This document shows positions 11,526 to 21,725 of a stretch of DNA of 64,000 bases, piece after piece; position 1 is the stretch's first letter; the number at the start of each line of letters is the position of its first letter. A model generated the notes under the pieces. That model did not search any database. It had not been told where the DNA came from and saw only the letters and a program-made list of their open reading frames with translations. A program made the translations under genes and the position numbers. This stretch comes from Gammaproteobacteria bacterium (lineage in GTDB: Bacteria > Pseudomonadota > Gammaproteobacteria > Eutrophobiales > Eutrophobiaceae). The stretch lies in NCBI GenBank assembly GCA_965215365.1, contig CBDCDS010000003.1, positions 2,144,001-2,208,000 on the forward strand, written 5' to 3'.

Positions 11526-12809
11526 TTATTCAACCGGTGCTCCCGCCTGGTACCAGCGGGCTATGAGATCGCGTTCTGCGTCCGTTATCTGTGTCAGGTT
11601 TGCCAGTGGCATGGTCTTGCTGATGACGGTGCTGGCATGTATTCGCTTCGTCCATTGCCGGATTTGTTCGGGGGTGTCGAACATTATGCCTCTGGGCGCG
11701 ACCGGGGCGGTGGGGTGGTTGGGGGTGGCGGAGTGGCAGCTGTTACAGCGTTGTGTGATCACCTCCCGCACCTCTGCAAACGATACGGGAGTCTGAACCG
11801 GTGCGGTTGCTGCCTGCTGCGAGGCGTCATCGGACGCAGACATAGCTTCGGCAGCGGGGGAGGCTTCAGAGGCAGATTCAGGGACGGATGCGGGAGTGGA
11901 TTCAAAGGCAGATTTGGGGATGGCGATGAACGCGGCCAGACCGAGCAGCAGCAGGGCGATGATGACCAAAATAGGCGCCGGACGGCCCTGGTTTTTCAGG
12001 TTGAAGAAATGCCGCAGCAGCACCCCGGCACTGAAGATGATAATGAGCAGCAACCAGTTGTATGCGTGTGCATAAGTGATGGGGTAGTGCGGGCTGAGCA
12101 TGACGAACAGCACCGGCAGGGTAAGGTAGTTATTATGCACCGAGCGTTGCTTGCCGCGCAGGCCCGGCTGCGGGTCCGGTTCTTCACCGCGTTGTTTGGC
12201 GCGCACCAGCTCGCGCTGTCCCGGAATGATGATGAAGAACACGTTGGCAACCATAATGGTGCCGAGCATGGCGCCGAGCTGAATATAGGTGCCGCGCCCG
12301 CTGAACAGGTGCGAGACAAAATAAGCCACCAGCGCCAGCAACAGGAAACCGAGCAACGCGATACGGGCGTCACTCAGGCCACTTCTGCATAACAGATCGT
12401 AGCCGATCCAGGACGCCGGCAGCAAGCCGATGCTGATGGCAATCGCCATGAATGGCGTAATGTCAGCAACTGTTTTATCAATCAGATACACCTCTGCATT
12501 GAGGTAATACATCAGCACCAGAAGGGCAAACCCGGTGAGCCAGGTGGTGTAAGCCTCCCACTTGAACCAGTGCAACGGCTGCGGCAACTCGCCCGGCGCC
12601 AGCCGATACTTCTGCGCATGGTAAAAGCCGCCGCCGTGCACCGCCCACAGGTCGCCGGCCACCGCCTCGTCCTCCGGGTCGCGAGCCGGGACATTGAGGT
12701 TCAGGTCGAGCCAGACGAAATAAAACGAGGAACCGATCCAGGCAATCCCCACGATCAGGTGCGCCCAGCGCAGCAGCAGGTTCAACCATTCGAGAAGGTA
12801 CGCTTCCAT
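11526..12809 (-). CDS. puuD: Urate hydroxylase PuuD (membrane urate oxidase with C-terminal cytochrome c)
   Basis: RWAHLIVGIAWIGSSFYF, LWAVHGGGFY, HWFKWEAYTTW, RSVHNNYLTLPV, heme motif CNSCH; next to xdh and uraH. Confidence 0.92.
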   Translation of the reverse strand: MEAYLLEWLNLLLRWAHLIVGIAWIGSSFYFVWLDLNLNVPARDPEDEAVAGDLWAVHGGGFYHAQKYRLAPGELPQPLHWFKWEAYTTWLTGFALLVLMYYLNAEVYLIDKTVADITPFMAIAISIGLLPASWIGYDLLCRSGLSDARIALLGFLLLALVAYFVSHLFSGRGTYIQLGAMLGTIMVANVFFIIIPGQRELVRAKQRGEEPDPQPGLRGKQRSVHNNYLTLPVLFVMLSPHYPITYAHAYNWLLLIIIFSAGVLLRHFFNLKNQGRPAPILVIIALLLLGLAAFIAIPKSAFESTPASVPESASEASPAAEAMSASDDASQQAATAPVQTPVSFAEVREVITQRCNSCHSATPNHPTAPVAPRGIMFDTPEQIRQWTKRIHASTVISKTMPLANLTQITDAERDLIARWYQAGAPVE

Positions 12810-12875
12810 GATTTGATTATAAGCCGTATTTGACTGGAATCCCGTTGCTACGGGAGTGGCGCCGAGTTAGAAGAA

Positions 12876-13979
12876 TCACCCGTGCTGACCTGCATCAGCT
12901 GCGGATTTTATCTCCAGCAACTGAGCGGCGACGGCGATGGCGATGGCGGCGGGGGCTTTTGCTGTTATGCCGGGGATGCCGATGGGGCAGGTCAGATGTT
13001 GCAGTTGTGCCGCGCTGAGCCCTTGCTGGCGCAGTCTTTGCAGGAAACGGCGACGCTTGGTGGCCGAGCCGATGAGGCCGAGGAAGGCAAGGTCGGCGCG
13101 GCGCAACAGGGCCGCACACAAGTCCTGGTCGAGTTGATGGTCGTGGGTCATCACCAGGCAATACGCCCGTTCCGGCAGAGTTTCGACCACGGCCGACGGG
13201 TTTTCGGCGAGGCGGGCCGACACGTTGACCGGCAACTCTGACGGAAACTGCTCGGGACGGCTGTCCACCCAGGTGATTTGGCAATCCGGGACGTTGGCCA
13301 GGACCTTGACCAGCGCCGTGCCGACATGGCCGGCGCCGAACAGGACGACCTGGAAGCCGCGTGGCGCGAGCACTTCAAAAAACAACGCGTCGGTGGTGTC
13401 CGGCAGGGTTGATTTTGTCTCGACCAAAGAGTGCAACAAGGCGGTTTGTCGGGCTGTTTTTGGGTCTTTTGCAGCGCCCAGTAACGCTTGTGCCTGATCT
13501 GTTGCGAGTTCATCCAATACCTTATCGCCCAGGCTGCCGCGGGCGCCGGCGGCGGTAACAATAAGCTTTTCCGCGGGCTGTGGCTCAGTCCCTGTGGTCC
13601 TGCTGACCAGGATTGCCCGGGTGTTATCCCGTTCAAACTGCGCCGCCGCTTGCAGCCAGTCGCGCGGCGCTGTGAGTACTTCAAAATGCAGAAACACCGC
13701 GCCGCCGCAGCATTGTTGCAGCATGGGGCCGAGGGGGAACAATTCGAGAAACCGTGGCGCGCCCGCCGCTGCGGCGTCATCCAGCCGGGCCCGGGCGATA
13801 CGCAGCGCGGCAAATTCAAGATTGCCGCCGCCGATGGTGCCCGTCACCTGCGTCGCAGTGACCAACATACGCGCGCCGGGCTCACGCGGCGCCGACCCGG
13901 CGCTGTGCGCGACCGTGACCAGCACACAGGGGCGACCTGCGGCGACCTGCGCCTGTATTGCTGAAAAATAATGATTCAC
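12876..13979 (-). CDS. xdhC: Xanthine dehydrogenase accessory protein XdhC
   Basis: GSAPREPGARM, GTIGGGNLE, CCGG, FGAGHVG, VMTHDHQLD, GLIGSATK, CPIG. Confidence 0.93.
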   Translation of the reverse strand: MNHYFSAIQAQVAAGRPCVLVTVAHSAGSAPREPGARMLVTATQVTGTIGGGNLEFAALRIARARLDDAAAAGAPRFLELFPLGPMLQQCCGGAVFLHFEVLTAPRDWLQAAAQFERDNTRAILVSRTTGTEPQPAEKLIVTAAGARGSLGDKVLDELATDQAQALLGAAKDPKTARQTALLHSLVETKSTLPDTTDALFFEVLAPRGFQVVLFGAGHVGTALVKVLANVPDCQITWVDSRPEQFPSELPVNVSARLAENPSAVVETLPERAYCLVMTHDHQLDQDLCAALLRRADLAFLGLIGSATKRRRFLQRLRQQGLSAAQLQHLTCPIGIPGITAKAPAAIAIAVAAQLLEIKSAADAGQHG

Positions 13980-14006
13980 GGCAGGATTGTACTCATCGAG
14001 AAGGCG

Positions 14007-16304
14007 CTAACTACCCGGTATACAATCCAACACCTGTTCCGGGGTCGCCGGCGCGTTTAACACCGGCCTTGACCCGGAACCATGCACTGAAGCGATGGCA
14101 TCTTTCAGCGCGTGAAACACTGATATGCCCAGCATGAAGGGCGGTTCCCCCACGGCCTTGGAACGGTAGATAGTCTGTTCCCGGTTCCGCCCCCAGTCTA
14201 TCAGTTCCACGTTAAATTCCCGCGGCCAGTCGCTGACGGTGGGGATTTTGTAGGTGGACGGCGCATGGGTCATTAACCGGCCGGCGCTGTCCCACCATAA
14301 TTCCTCGCCGGTGAGCCAGCCAGCGCCTTGCAGAAAGCCGCCTTCGACCTGCCCTAAGTCGATAGCCGGGTTCAGCGAGGCGCCGGCATCATGCAGGATG
14401 TCCACCCGCAGTATGCGGTGCTCGCCGGTGAGGGTATCGAGCATCACCTCGCTGACCGCGGCGCCGTAGGCAAAATAGAAAAACGGGCGGCCGGTCAGGG
14501 TCTGCGGGTCGTAATTGAGCTTGGGCGTGCGGTAATAGCCGGTCGCAGACAGGGAAATGCGCGCCAGGTAAGCCTGCTCACACAACTCGGCAAAATCGAG
14601 CAACTGCTCCCCCACCCGCACCCCGGACGGCGTAAAACGCACCTGCGTGCGCGGCACGCAATAATGCTCTGCGGCAAACTTTGTCAGGCGGCGGCGGATG
14701 GTGACGGCTGCCGCCCGGGCCGCCATGCCGTTTAAGTCACTGCCGGAAGAGGCCGCCGTGGCGGAGGTGTTCGGCACCTTGCTGGTATTGGCCGCGGTGC
14801 ACTTGATGCGACCCTGATCGACCTGGAGCTCTGCGGCAATGACCTGGGCTACCTTGGTATATAACCCCTGCCCCATCTCGGTGCCGCCGTGGTTGAGCAT
14901 GATACTGCCGTCGCGGTAGATATGCAGTAACGCGCCGGCCTGATTATAGAAGGTGGCGGTAAACGAAATCCCGAACTTCACCGGGGTCAGCGCGATGCCT
15001 CGTCTGAGCGTCCCGCCCTCGGCATTGTACGCCTGCAGCGCCTGACGCCGCTCCCGGTAAGCGGATTTTTGTTCCAGCTCATCGGTCAGTTCGCGGATGA
15101 TATTGTCTTCCACCGTCATGCGATATGGCGTGATGTTGCGCTCCCGCTTACCATAGAAGTTGATTTTGCGCACATCCAGCGCGTCCTTGTCAAGAAAACG
15201 GGCAATGTCATCCATGATGTTCTCAATGCCCATCATCCCCTGGGGGCCGCCGAACCCGCGGAAGGCCACGTTGGAGGCCTTGTGAGTCTTGCAGCGGTGA
15301 GAGGTGATACGCACCTGTTCCAGGAAATAGCAGTTGTCACTGTGGAACATGGCGCGTACGTTAATGGGACCGGACAGGTCTGCCGAACGCCCGCAATCCG
15401 AGGCCAGTTCCAGGGTCAGGCCGCGAATGCGACCGCTGGCATCGAAGCCGACCTGGTAGTCAATACGGAAGGCGTGGCGTTTGCCGGTGATAGTCATGTC
15501 GGCGTCACGATCAACCCGCAATTTCACGGCCCGCCCGGTCTTGTGCGCGGCCACTGCGGCAATCACCGCGAACAGGGCCGGCGTGGTTTCCTTGCCACCG
15601 AAACCGCCGCCCATGCGTCGGCATTCAACCACCACATCCTTGGACGATTTGCCCAGCGCATGCGCGACCAGATGTTGCACCTCGGTGGGATGCTGGGTGG
15701 AAGCCTGAACCAGCGTGGCGCCGTCTTCGCGGGGATGGGCAACGGCGACCTGCCCTTCCAGGTAGAAGTGGTCCTGACCACCGGTACGCAGGCGCCCTTG
15801 CAGTCGGTGTGGCGCCGCGGCGATGGCCTGCTCCGGTTCGCCGCGCACCAGGGTCTGTGACGGCAACACGAAGGACTGCTGTGCCAGGGCTGTGTCGAGG
15901 TCCGCAATGGCCGGCAGTTCTTCGTAGTCAATGCGGGCGTGGCGCGCAGCCTGACGCGCGTGCAGCACGCTGTCGGCCAGCACTGCGAACACAGACTGCC
16001 CGACGTATTCCACCAGGTCGTCGGCAAACACGGGATCATCCGCCACCATCGGACCGTGGTTGTTGTCACCGGGAATGTCAGCAGCGCTGAGCACCGCCAC
16101 GACGCCCGGCGCGGCGCGCACTGCGGAGAGGTCGATATGTCGGATGCGAGCATGGGCTTTGGCGCTGCAACCGATGGCTGCGTACAACATCCCGCGCGGT
16201 TCCGGCTGATCATCCGTGTATTCGGCAGCCCCGCTGACATGCAAGTGTGCGCTCTCATGCGCTAACGTCTGGCCGACGCCAGAGATTTTTTTCCTGTCTG
16301 TCAT
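14007..16304 (-). CDS. xdhB: Xanthine dehydrogenase molybdopterin-binding subunit
   Basis: HESAHLHVSG, GGQDHFYLEGQ, RMGGGFGGKE, AFRGFGGPQG, SKAVGEPP. Confidence 0.96.
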   Translation of the reverse strand: MTDRKKISGVGQTLAHESAHLHVSGAAEYTDDQPEPRGMLYAAIGCSAKAHARIRHIDLSAVRAAPGVVAVLSAADIPGDNNHGPMVADDPVFADDLVEYVGQSVFAVLADSVLHARQAARHARIDYEELPAIADLDTALAQQSFVLPSQTLVRGEPEQAIAAAPHRLQGRLRTGGQDHFYLEGQVAVAHPREDGATLVQASTQHPTEVQHLVAHALGKSSKDVVVECRRMGGGFGGKETTPALFAVIAAVAAHKTGRAVKLRVDRDADMTITGKRHAFRIDYQVGFDASGRIRGLTLELASDCGRSADLSGPINVRAMFHSDNCYFLEQVRITSHRCKTHKASNVAFRGFGGPQGMMGIENIMDDIARFLDKDALDVRKINFYGKRERNITPYRMTVEDNIIRELTDELEQKSAYRERRQALQAYNAEGGTLRRGIALTPVKFGISFTATFYNQAGALLHIYRDGSIMLNHGGTEMGQGLYTKVAQVIAAELQVDQGRIKCTAANTSKVPNTSATAASSGSDLNGMAARAAAVTIRRRLTKFAAEHYCVPRTQVRFTPSGVRVGEQLLDFAELCEQAYLARISLSATGYYRTPKLNYDPQTLTGRPFFYFAYGAAVSEVMLDTLTGEHRILRVDILHDAGASLNPAIDLGQVEGGFLQGAGWLTGEELWWDSAGRLMTHAPSTYKIPTVSDWPREFNVELIDWGRNREQTIYRSKAVGEPPFMLGISVFHALKDAIASVHGSGSRPVLNAPATPEQVLDCIPGS

Positions 16305-16350
16305 GGCAATATCAGTGCGAGCGCCTCAGTGCAAGCGCCTTGGCCGCTGC

Positions 16351-17877
16351 TTACGACGCCCATATTGAAGCCTTGACGCCTGTGGTTTCCAGGTAAAACC
16401 GTTGCAGCAGGTTAGCAGCCACGCGGCGGCGGTAGCTGTCTGTGGCGCGCATATCGGTTAACGGTTGATAATCCTCTGCCAGCGCCGCCATGGCCGTTGC
16501 CAGCGTTGTCTCATTCCAGGGCTGGCCGCGTAACGCCGCTTCGCAGCGCCGCGCCCGTTGCGGCACGGCCGCCATACCGCCGTAGCAGATACGCGCCTCA
16601 ACCACCTTATCCTGCTGCAAGCGCAGGAAACAGGCGCCGCAGACTGCGGAGATGTCCTGGTCGTAACGCTTGGCGACCTTAAAAGAACGAAAATGCCAGT
16701 CGGCGGCGGGGCGCCGCGGCACGCGTACCGCTTGCACAAACTCGGAAGGTTGCAGGGCGGTTTCACGGTAGCCCAGGTAAAACTCGTCCAGCGGCAGGGC
16801 GCGCGTCCAGCCGCCGCGCCGCAGCGCCAGTTCTGCACCCAGGCTGATCAGCGCCGGCATGGAATCGCCGATGGGTGAGCCATTGGCAATGTTGCCGCAC
16901 AAGGTGCCGGCATTACGGATCGGTGGCGAGGCAAACCGACGCGTGATTTCAAACAGTTCGGGATAGTGTTCAACCAGGGTCGCAAACGCATCGGTAAGGC
17001 AGGTTGCGGCGCCGATTTCGATATGTTCCTGGGTTGTTTTGATGTAGTCCAGCTCAGCCACGCCACCCAGGTAAATAATCATGGGCAATGCGCGATACTG
17101 CTTGGTCACCCACAAACCCACATCGGTGCCGCCGGCCAGGATAGTGGCTTGCGGGTGGCGCAACAAAAGTTGAGTCAGTTCGGTCATGCTATGCGGTGCA
17201 AAATAGTGTTCTGCGGCATCTTCCCGGGAGTCTTGTGCGGGCGGCAATTCCAACGCGCCGTCAGGCCGCAGCTGCTCGAGTTGCCGCAGCAAGTCCGGCT
17301 CAGCAAGCAGGTCGCGGCCGTAATCGTGCATTTTTTGCGCGGCGCTGATGATGGGCCGGTAGCCGGTGCAGCGACACAGGTTGCCGGACAGCGCATCCTC
17401 GATTTGTGCCCGCGTCGGGCTGGTATTATGCCGGTACAGGGCAAACAGTGACATCACAAAACCGGGGGTGCAGAAACCGCACTGGGAGGCATGACAGTCC
17501 ACCATGGCCTGTTGCACCGGATGCAGGCCGGCGCCACTGAGTCGGGACAGGCTTTCCACGGTATATAAGGCCTTGCCGTCCAGGGTCGGGAGGAACTTTA
17601 TGCAGGAATTGACGGCGCGAAAGCGCACCTGCTGTGGCGCCCCCGCCTCATCCGGCACATCGGCTGCAAGCTCGGCCAGGACTACGGTGCAGGCGCCGCA
17701 ATCGCCCTCGGCACAACCTTCCTTGGAGCCGCTGCGCTGCAATGTTTCCCTGAGGTAATTCAGGATGGTGGTAGTCGGCGCAACATCCGTCACTTCATGC
17801 ACGCGCCCATCCAACAGGAAACGTATAGCCCCATGTTGTCCGGCTTTAAGAAATGGCTTAACCATCGGCCTGCTCAA
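16351..17877 (-). CDS. xdhA: Xanthine dehydrogenase small subunit (2Fe-2S/FAD)
   Basis: [47 protein letters not shown]. Confidence 0.95.
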   Translation of the reverse strand: MSRPMVKPFLKAGQHGAIRFLLDGRVHEVTDVAPTTTILNYLRETLQRSGSKEGCAEGDCGACTVVLAELAADVPDEAGAPQQVRFRAVNSCIKFLPTLDGKALYTVESLSRLSGAGLHPVQQAMVDCHASQCGFCTPGFVMSLFALYRHNTSPTRAQIEDALSGNLCRCTGYRPIISAAQKMHDYGRDLLAEPDLLRQLEQLRPDGALELPPAQDSREDAAEHYFAPHSMTELTQLLLRHPQATILAGGTDVGLWVTKQYRALPMIIYLGGVAELDYIKTTQEHIEIGAATCLTDAFATLVEHYPELFEITRRFASPPIRNAGTLCGNIANGSPIGDSMPALISLGAELALRRGGWTRALPLDEFYLGYRETALQPSEFVQAVRVPRRPAADWHFRSFKVAKRYDQDISAVCGACFLRLQQDKVVEARICYGGMAAVPQRARRCEAALRGQPWNETTLATAMAALAEDYQPLTDMRATDSYRRRVAANLLQRFYLETTGVKASIWAS

Positions 17878-18218
17878 CTACCGCGATACGTGCTGTAACT
17901 CCAGGGCGAAACCAGCAACGGCACGTGGTAGCGCCCGGCGGCAGTCATGCCGAAGCGCAAGCTGACCTGGTCCAGAAAAGGCGGGTCCGGCAGTTCCACC
18001 CCCTGCGCACGGAAATACTCAGCGGTGTGGAACACCAGCTCCCACAGGCCGGCCCGGCAATCCTGCGTCTCCAACAGTGGCTTATCACAACGCCCGTCGT
18101 GGTTGGTGACGACAGTTTTCACCAGGGTGCGTGCAGCCGCCGCTATGGCATACAACTCAATACTCATACCCACGGCCGGCAAGCCCTGAGCGGTATCGAG
18201 CACATGTGTGGTTAACAT
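17874..18218 (-). CDS. uraH: 5-hydroxyisourate hydrolase (transthyretin-like)
   Basis: [34 protein letters not shown]; start ATG 18218 or upstream at 18266. Confidence 0.95.
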   Translation of the reverse strand: MLTTHVLDTAQGLPAVGMSIELYAIAAAARTLVKTVVTNHDGRCDKPLLETQDCRAGLWELVFHTAEYFRAQGVELPDPPFLDQVSLRFGMTAAGRYHVPLLVSPWSYSTYRGS

Positions 18219-18290
18219 CGGGGTTCGGGGATTTGTGGTAACGGGTATCAGGGGGGATAATAGCATTATTGAACCAATCCGGCACGATCT

Positions 18291-19422
18291 TGTCCAGGTT
18301 CAATACATATGAGACTCAGAGGCAGGCTGTGTGAGTTGTTGATAATACTCCATTGGGGTTAATAAACCAATACCGTTATGCGGGCGGTAGGTATTGTAGT
18401 ATTGCTGATACTCTGCCAGTTTGCGGTTGATGGCGGCCACGGTCAGTGGACCCTCGTAGAACGGATAGAACTCATAGCGGCTGGTGGCGTTGGCGCGTTC
18501 TACACAGCCGTTGTATTCGGGTTTTTTCGGGGGCAGCACGTACAGGGGGATTCCTAAGTCCTGGCAAGCCTGCTCGAACTCATCTCGGAACTCCGAGCCG
18601 CCATCGACCTGGATAGAACGGATGGGAAACGGCGCCTCACCGAGCAGCGCTTTTAAGAAGCGCCGGGCATTGCCACTGGTGGCCCGACTGTAGGCTCGCA
18701 GCGCACTCCATTTGCTCACCGGACAGACGGCCTTGAACTCCTTCACCGTGATGCCGTCCGTGAAGCCGACACTCATGTGGTCTATCTGCATCAACTCCCC
18801 TGGCGCCTTAGCCTTCATCCCGTAGCGCCAGCGCTTGGCATGATGGGTAAACGCCCGGCGGCGCTTAGGCTTCACCCGGCCATAGTAAAACGCCACCGGC
18901 TTGACCCGACCCAGCCGCACCAGCTTCGCCACGATGCGCCCGACCGTACTCTCGCTCAAAGTCCAGCCCTGCTCGCGCACCCCCACCCGCCAGAGCTTAC
19001 GCTTACCCCATAACGGATAACGTTGGCGAAGGTGCAAGACCTGCTGCTCGTGCTGGCGCGTCCATTGCGGCACACGCCGCCGCCGCGGCGCACGAGAGCC
19101 ACACCCCAGACCCTTCAGCCCATGTTCACGATACCGCTTCAACCAACGGTAGTAGGTCGCCCTCGACCAACCTACTGCTGCCAGTGCCGTCGCCTCACCA
19201 CACCCATCCTCGCGTAACGTCGCAACCAATTCCAACTGCTTCAAACGACCGCGCGCGTCAGCATCGGTAGTATCATCGACGCGCCAACTGCGATATGATT
19301 TCACCCGCAGGCTTTTGATCTGCATCGGGTAGTCCTCCTGTGTCAATTAGTTGAGATTAATTCACACACAGACTACCCGATTTCTTTATCTAAAGAGTCT
19401 CACTTGTTTCTGAACCCGGACA
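18291..19422 (-). mobile_element. IS481-family insertion sequence, 1132 bp, apparently intact
   Basis: TGT-ended imperfect terminal IRs TGTCCAGGTTCAATACATATGAGACTC / TGTCCGGGTTCAGAAACAAGTGAGACTC; 5-bp direct repeat GATCT at 18286-18290 and 19423-19427; single DDE ORF whose stop lies inside an IR. Confidence 0.9.
18300..19325 (-). CDS. IS481-family DDE (integrase-core) transposase
   Basis: HTH SRATYYRWLKRY, ELMQIDH, IQVDGGSEF, NGCVERANAT, YNTYRPH; GGAGG RBS before ATG 19325. Confidence 0.92.
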   Translation of the reverse strand: MQIKSLRVKSYRSWRVDDTTDADARGRLKQLELVATLREDGCGEATALAAVGWSRATYYRWLKRYREHGLKGLGCGSRAPRRRRVPQWTRQHEQQVLHLRQRYPLWGKRKLWRVGVREQGWTLSESTVGRIVAKLVRLGRVKPVAFYYGRVKPKRRRAFTHHAKRWRYGMKAKAPGELMQIDHMSVGFTDGITVKEFKAVCPVSKWSALRAYSRATSGNARRFLKALLGEAPFPIRSIQVDGGSEFRDEFEQACQDLGIPLYVLPPKKPEYNGCVERANATSRYEFYPFYEGPLTVAAINRKLAEYQQYYNTYRPHNGIGLLTPMEYYQQLTQPASESHMY

Positions 19423-19462
19423 GATCTTCGCATCACTTGGTGAGATCTGCGGGCTATGTCCC

Positions 19463-19912
19463 TCACTTGCTCCAGCGCAGCCTGACCCGCAGCCGCCGTA
19501 AAGTCTGCGCGTCCAGGTTGTCGTGGGTCAGGACGCAGCAACGGGTGCGTCCGCCGGGTTCACGGAAACACAGGACGAGCAGCCGGGGGTGCACCAGGGC
19601 GCCGGGTAACAGGCGCAGCGGTACGGCTTCCTGCCCGGCTTGCAACAGTTGCCAGCGATCGTGCCGGTCCAGTTGTAAACAGAGCGGTTGCGGATACAGC
19701 ACGCGCTGCAGGTAACAACCGTAATGGCCCACAATAACTGCCGTGACCAGCACGCTGACGGCAAGCGACAGCTGCGCCAGGAACAGGCAGAACACAGCCC
19801 CGCCATGGAGCGCGGAATTAAACGCGGCAACCTGCCCTGAAGGCCGGTAATGGATCAGGAGCGGCAGTTCAAATGGAGAAGTTTGGGGAGATTCCATTCT
19901 GTTATGGCTCAT
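19463..19912 (-). CDS. ygfX: YgfX/CptA-like small membrane protein
   Basis: RPS followed by two TM segments; C-terminal DNLDAQTLRRLRVRLRW; close to sdhE and ygfZ. Confidence 0.7.
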   Translation of the reverse strand: MSHNRMESPQTSPFELPLLIHYRPSGQVAAFNSALHGGAVFCLFLAQLSLAVSVLVTAVIVGHYGCYLQRVLYPQPLCLQLDRHDRWQLLQAGQEAVPLRLLPGALVHPRLLVLCFREPGGRTRCCVLTHDNLDAQTLRRLRVRLRWSK

Positions 19913-19925
19913 GTATACTTAATGA

Positions 19926-19957
19926 TTATCCGCAGATAACGCAGATGTACGCAGATT
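19926..19957 (+). repeat. CGCAGAT-family dispersed repeat, single arm
   Basis: TTATCCGCAGATAACGCAGATGTACGCAGATT. Confidence 0.85.
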
Positions 19958-19997
19958 AACATGGATCAGGCTCTTAAATGCAACTCCTGTCCGTCTG

Positions 19998-20038
19998 GCT
20001 CTTCGTCATTCCGGGTCAGGCCCGGAATGACGAAGAGC
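19998..20038. repeat. CGTC-type REP-like perfect hairpin
   Basis: GCTCTTCGTCATTCCGGG-tcagg-CCCGGAATGACGAAGAGC; 18-bp stem. Confidence 0.85.
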
Positions 20039-20063
20039 GAACAAGAACGAGGAAAGGTATCAG

Positions 20064-20255
20064 ATGAACAAACAAGAAACGAACCAGCACAGGATACAGC
20101 CTGTACGCAGCCGTCTGCACACGGACGAGAAGGAGAATAAGCCCAAAGAGAATAGACCCCAGGAGAGTAAGCCAGAGGAAACCGGCGGCCCCAAAGGGCC
20201 GGAGCCTACCCGTTACGGCGACTGGGAGCGGAACGGCCGCTGTGTCGATTTTTGA
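20064..20255 (+). CDS. DUF1674 / succinate dehydrogenase assembly factor 4 (SdhAF4-like)
   Basis: C-terminal GGPKGPEPTRYGDWERNGRCVDF signature; upstream of sdhCDAB. Confidence 0.9.
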   Translation: MNKQETNQHRIQPVRSRLHTDEKENKPKENRPQESKPEETGGPKGPEPTRYGDWERNGRCVDF

Positions 20256-21297
20256 ACATATAGCCCGCAGGCAGAACCAATCCGGCGCGATCTTTGCATC
20301 ACCTGGTGAGAGCTGCGGGCTGGCCCGGCCCTGGTGTGTTGTCCTGGCGCTGGTTATAACGCCCTTCCCGGTGGCCGGCGCCGACCGTGCCTTCACCCTG
20401 GCAAGCTGGAATATCGAGCACCTCGCAGCTGCGGACGGCCAAGGCTGCCGGGAGCGGGATGGCACCGAGTATCAGGCCATCAGGCGTTATCTTGAACAAA
20501 TCCGAGCCGATGTGATCGCGTTTCAGGAAGTGGAAAACCAGCGAGCGGCTGCGCGTATTTTCCCGGCGGCGGACTACGACGTTTATATTTCCACCCGGCC
20601 TACCCGGACCTTCTCGCAATGCTACGACGGCCCCAACCGCCGGCTGATGCAACGCACCGGGTTTGCCGTGCGCAAGGACATTGGCAACCGCCTGGGGCTG
20701 CGAGCGGTGCGCCAAGCCGATGTCAAGGCGCTGCAAGGCGCTCATGATTCCGGGCGTTGGGGGGTTTACCTGGTACTGGAACCGACCGCCGGGGAACGCG
20801 TTCGGCCGACCTCTACCGCTTCAACAGCGGGCCCGGCGCAGCCTGTGCGGGCACCGTTACACCTGCTCTCCATCCATCTCAAGTCGAGCTGTACCTACCA
20901 GTCCTGGCACAGGCGCAAGGCCAACAATAACTGCCGTCTGCTGTGGCAACAGGTCGAGGTATTGGCCGACTGGATCGGCGCCCGCGCCGATGCCGGGCAG
21001 GATTTCATCATCGCCGGCGATTTTAACCGTCAACTCGACCAGTTAAGTGATGAGGTCTGGCTGCACTTGGAATCCGGCACCGACAACGCCTATGTGGACC
21101 TGGAAAAAGTGCTACACGGTATGAAACACCCGAAGCCCTATAACCGCAAATACCCATTCGCCATCGACCATGTAATCTACAATCAGACGCTGGACGCCCT
21201 GGCAATCGAACAGCAGACCTATTTTGACCTGCGCGCGGCGCCCTATTCTGACCACCTGCCGCTTATCAGCGTATTTGAGATGGTTTTCCACAAGTAA
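20242..21297 (+). CDS. Endonuclease/exonuclease/phosphatase (EEP) family protein, probably exported
   Basis: SWNIEHL, IAFQEVEN, IHLKS, IIAGDFNR, IDHV, SDHLP; signal-like hydrophobic segment before the domain; start uncertain. Confidence 0.85.
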   Translation: MSIFEHIARRQNQSGAIFASPGESCGLARPWCVVLALVITPFPVAGADRAFTLASWNIEHLAAADGQGCRERDGTEYQAIRRYLEQIRADVIAFQEVENQRAAARIFPAADYDVYISTRPTRTFSQCYDGPNRRLMQRTGFAVRKDIGNRLGLRAVRQADVKALQGAHDSGRWGVYLVLEPTAGERVRPTSTASTAGPAQPVRAPLHLLSIHLKSSCTYQSWHRRKANNNCRLLWQQVEVLADWIGARADAGQDFIIAGDFNRQLDQLSDEVWLHLESGTDNAYVDLEKVLHGMKHPKPYNRKYPFAIDHVIYNQTLDALAIEQQTYFDLRAAPYSDHLPLISVFEMVFHK

Positions 21298-21344
21298 CCG
21301 CTCCGCCAATTCTGTATAATACGCCTTTTCCCCATGAGGAACTT

Positions 21345-21725
21345 ATGACTGGTTCGGAAACACCACTGTCGCCGTTTTTGCAGTATCGACCGCAGTTGAC
21401 CTCGGTATTGTCCTTCCTGCACCGCATCACTGGCGTGGCGCTCAGCGCCGGCGCGGTGTTGTTAAGCGCGTGGCTGCTGGCAATCGCCGCGGGCGCGGGG
21501 GTGTATGACCTGGTCGACGGGCACGTGACGGCCTGGTACGGGCAAGGTGTCGTCGGCGCGTTCCTGTTTGCGCTGTATTATCATCTCTGCAACGGTATCC
21601 GCCACCTGTGCTGGGACCTGGGCTGGGGGCTGGAGCTCAGCGCCGCCTACCGCAGTGGTTACGCCGTGCTCATCGTGACGTTGGCGCTGACGCTGCTCAC
21701 TTTCTGGCTGGGGTGCGCCGCGTGA
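21345..21725 (+). CDS. sdhC: Succinate dehydrogenase cytochrome b556 subunit
   Basis: PLSP, SFLHRITG, HLCNGIRHLCWD; TGTATAAT at 21313-21320 upstream. Confidence 0.95.
   Translation: MTGSETPLSPFLQYRPQLTSVLSFLHRITGVALSAGAVLLSAWLLAIAAGAGVYDLVDGHVTAWYGQGVVGAFLFALYYHLCNGIRHLCWDLGWGLELSAAYRSGYAVLIVTLALTLLTFWLGCAA

Noticed and set aside
11570-11600. CGCAGAT-like sequence near the puuD 3' end
   Set aside because: It encodes the conserved NLTxxTDxER cytochrome-domain motif, so the resemblance is probably coincidental.
16312-16339. 14-bp tandem duplication between xdhB and xdhA
   Set aside because: Two copies only (13/14); looks like simple slippage with no further structure.
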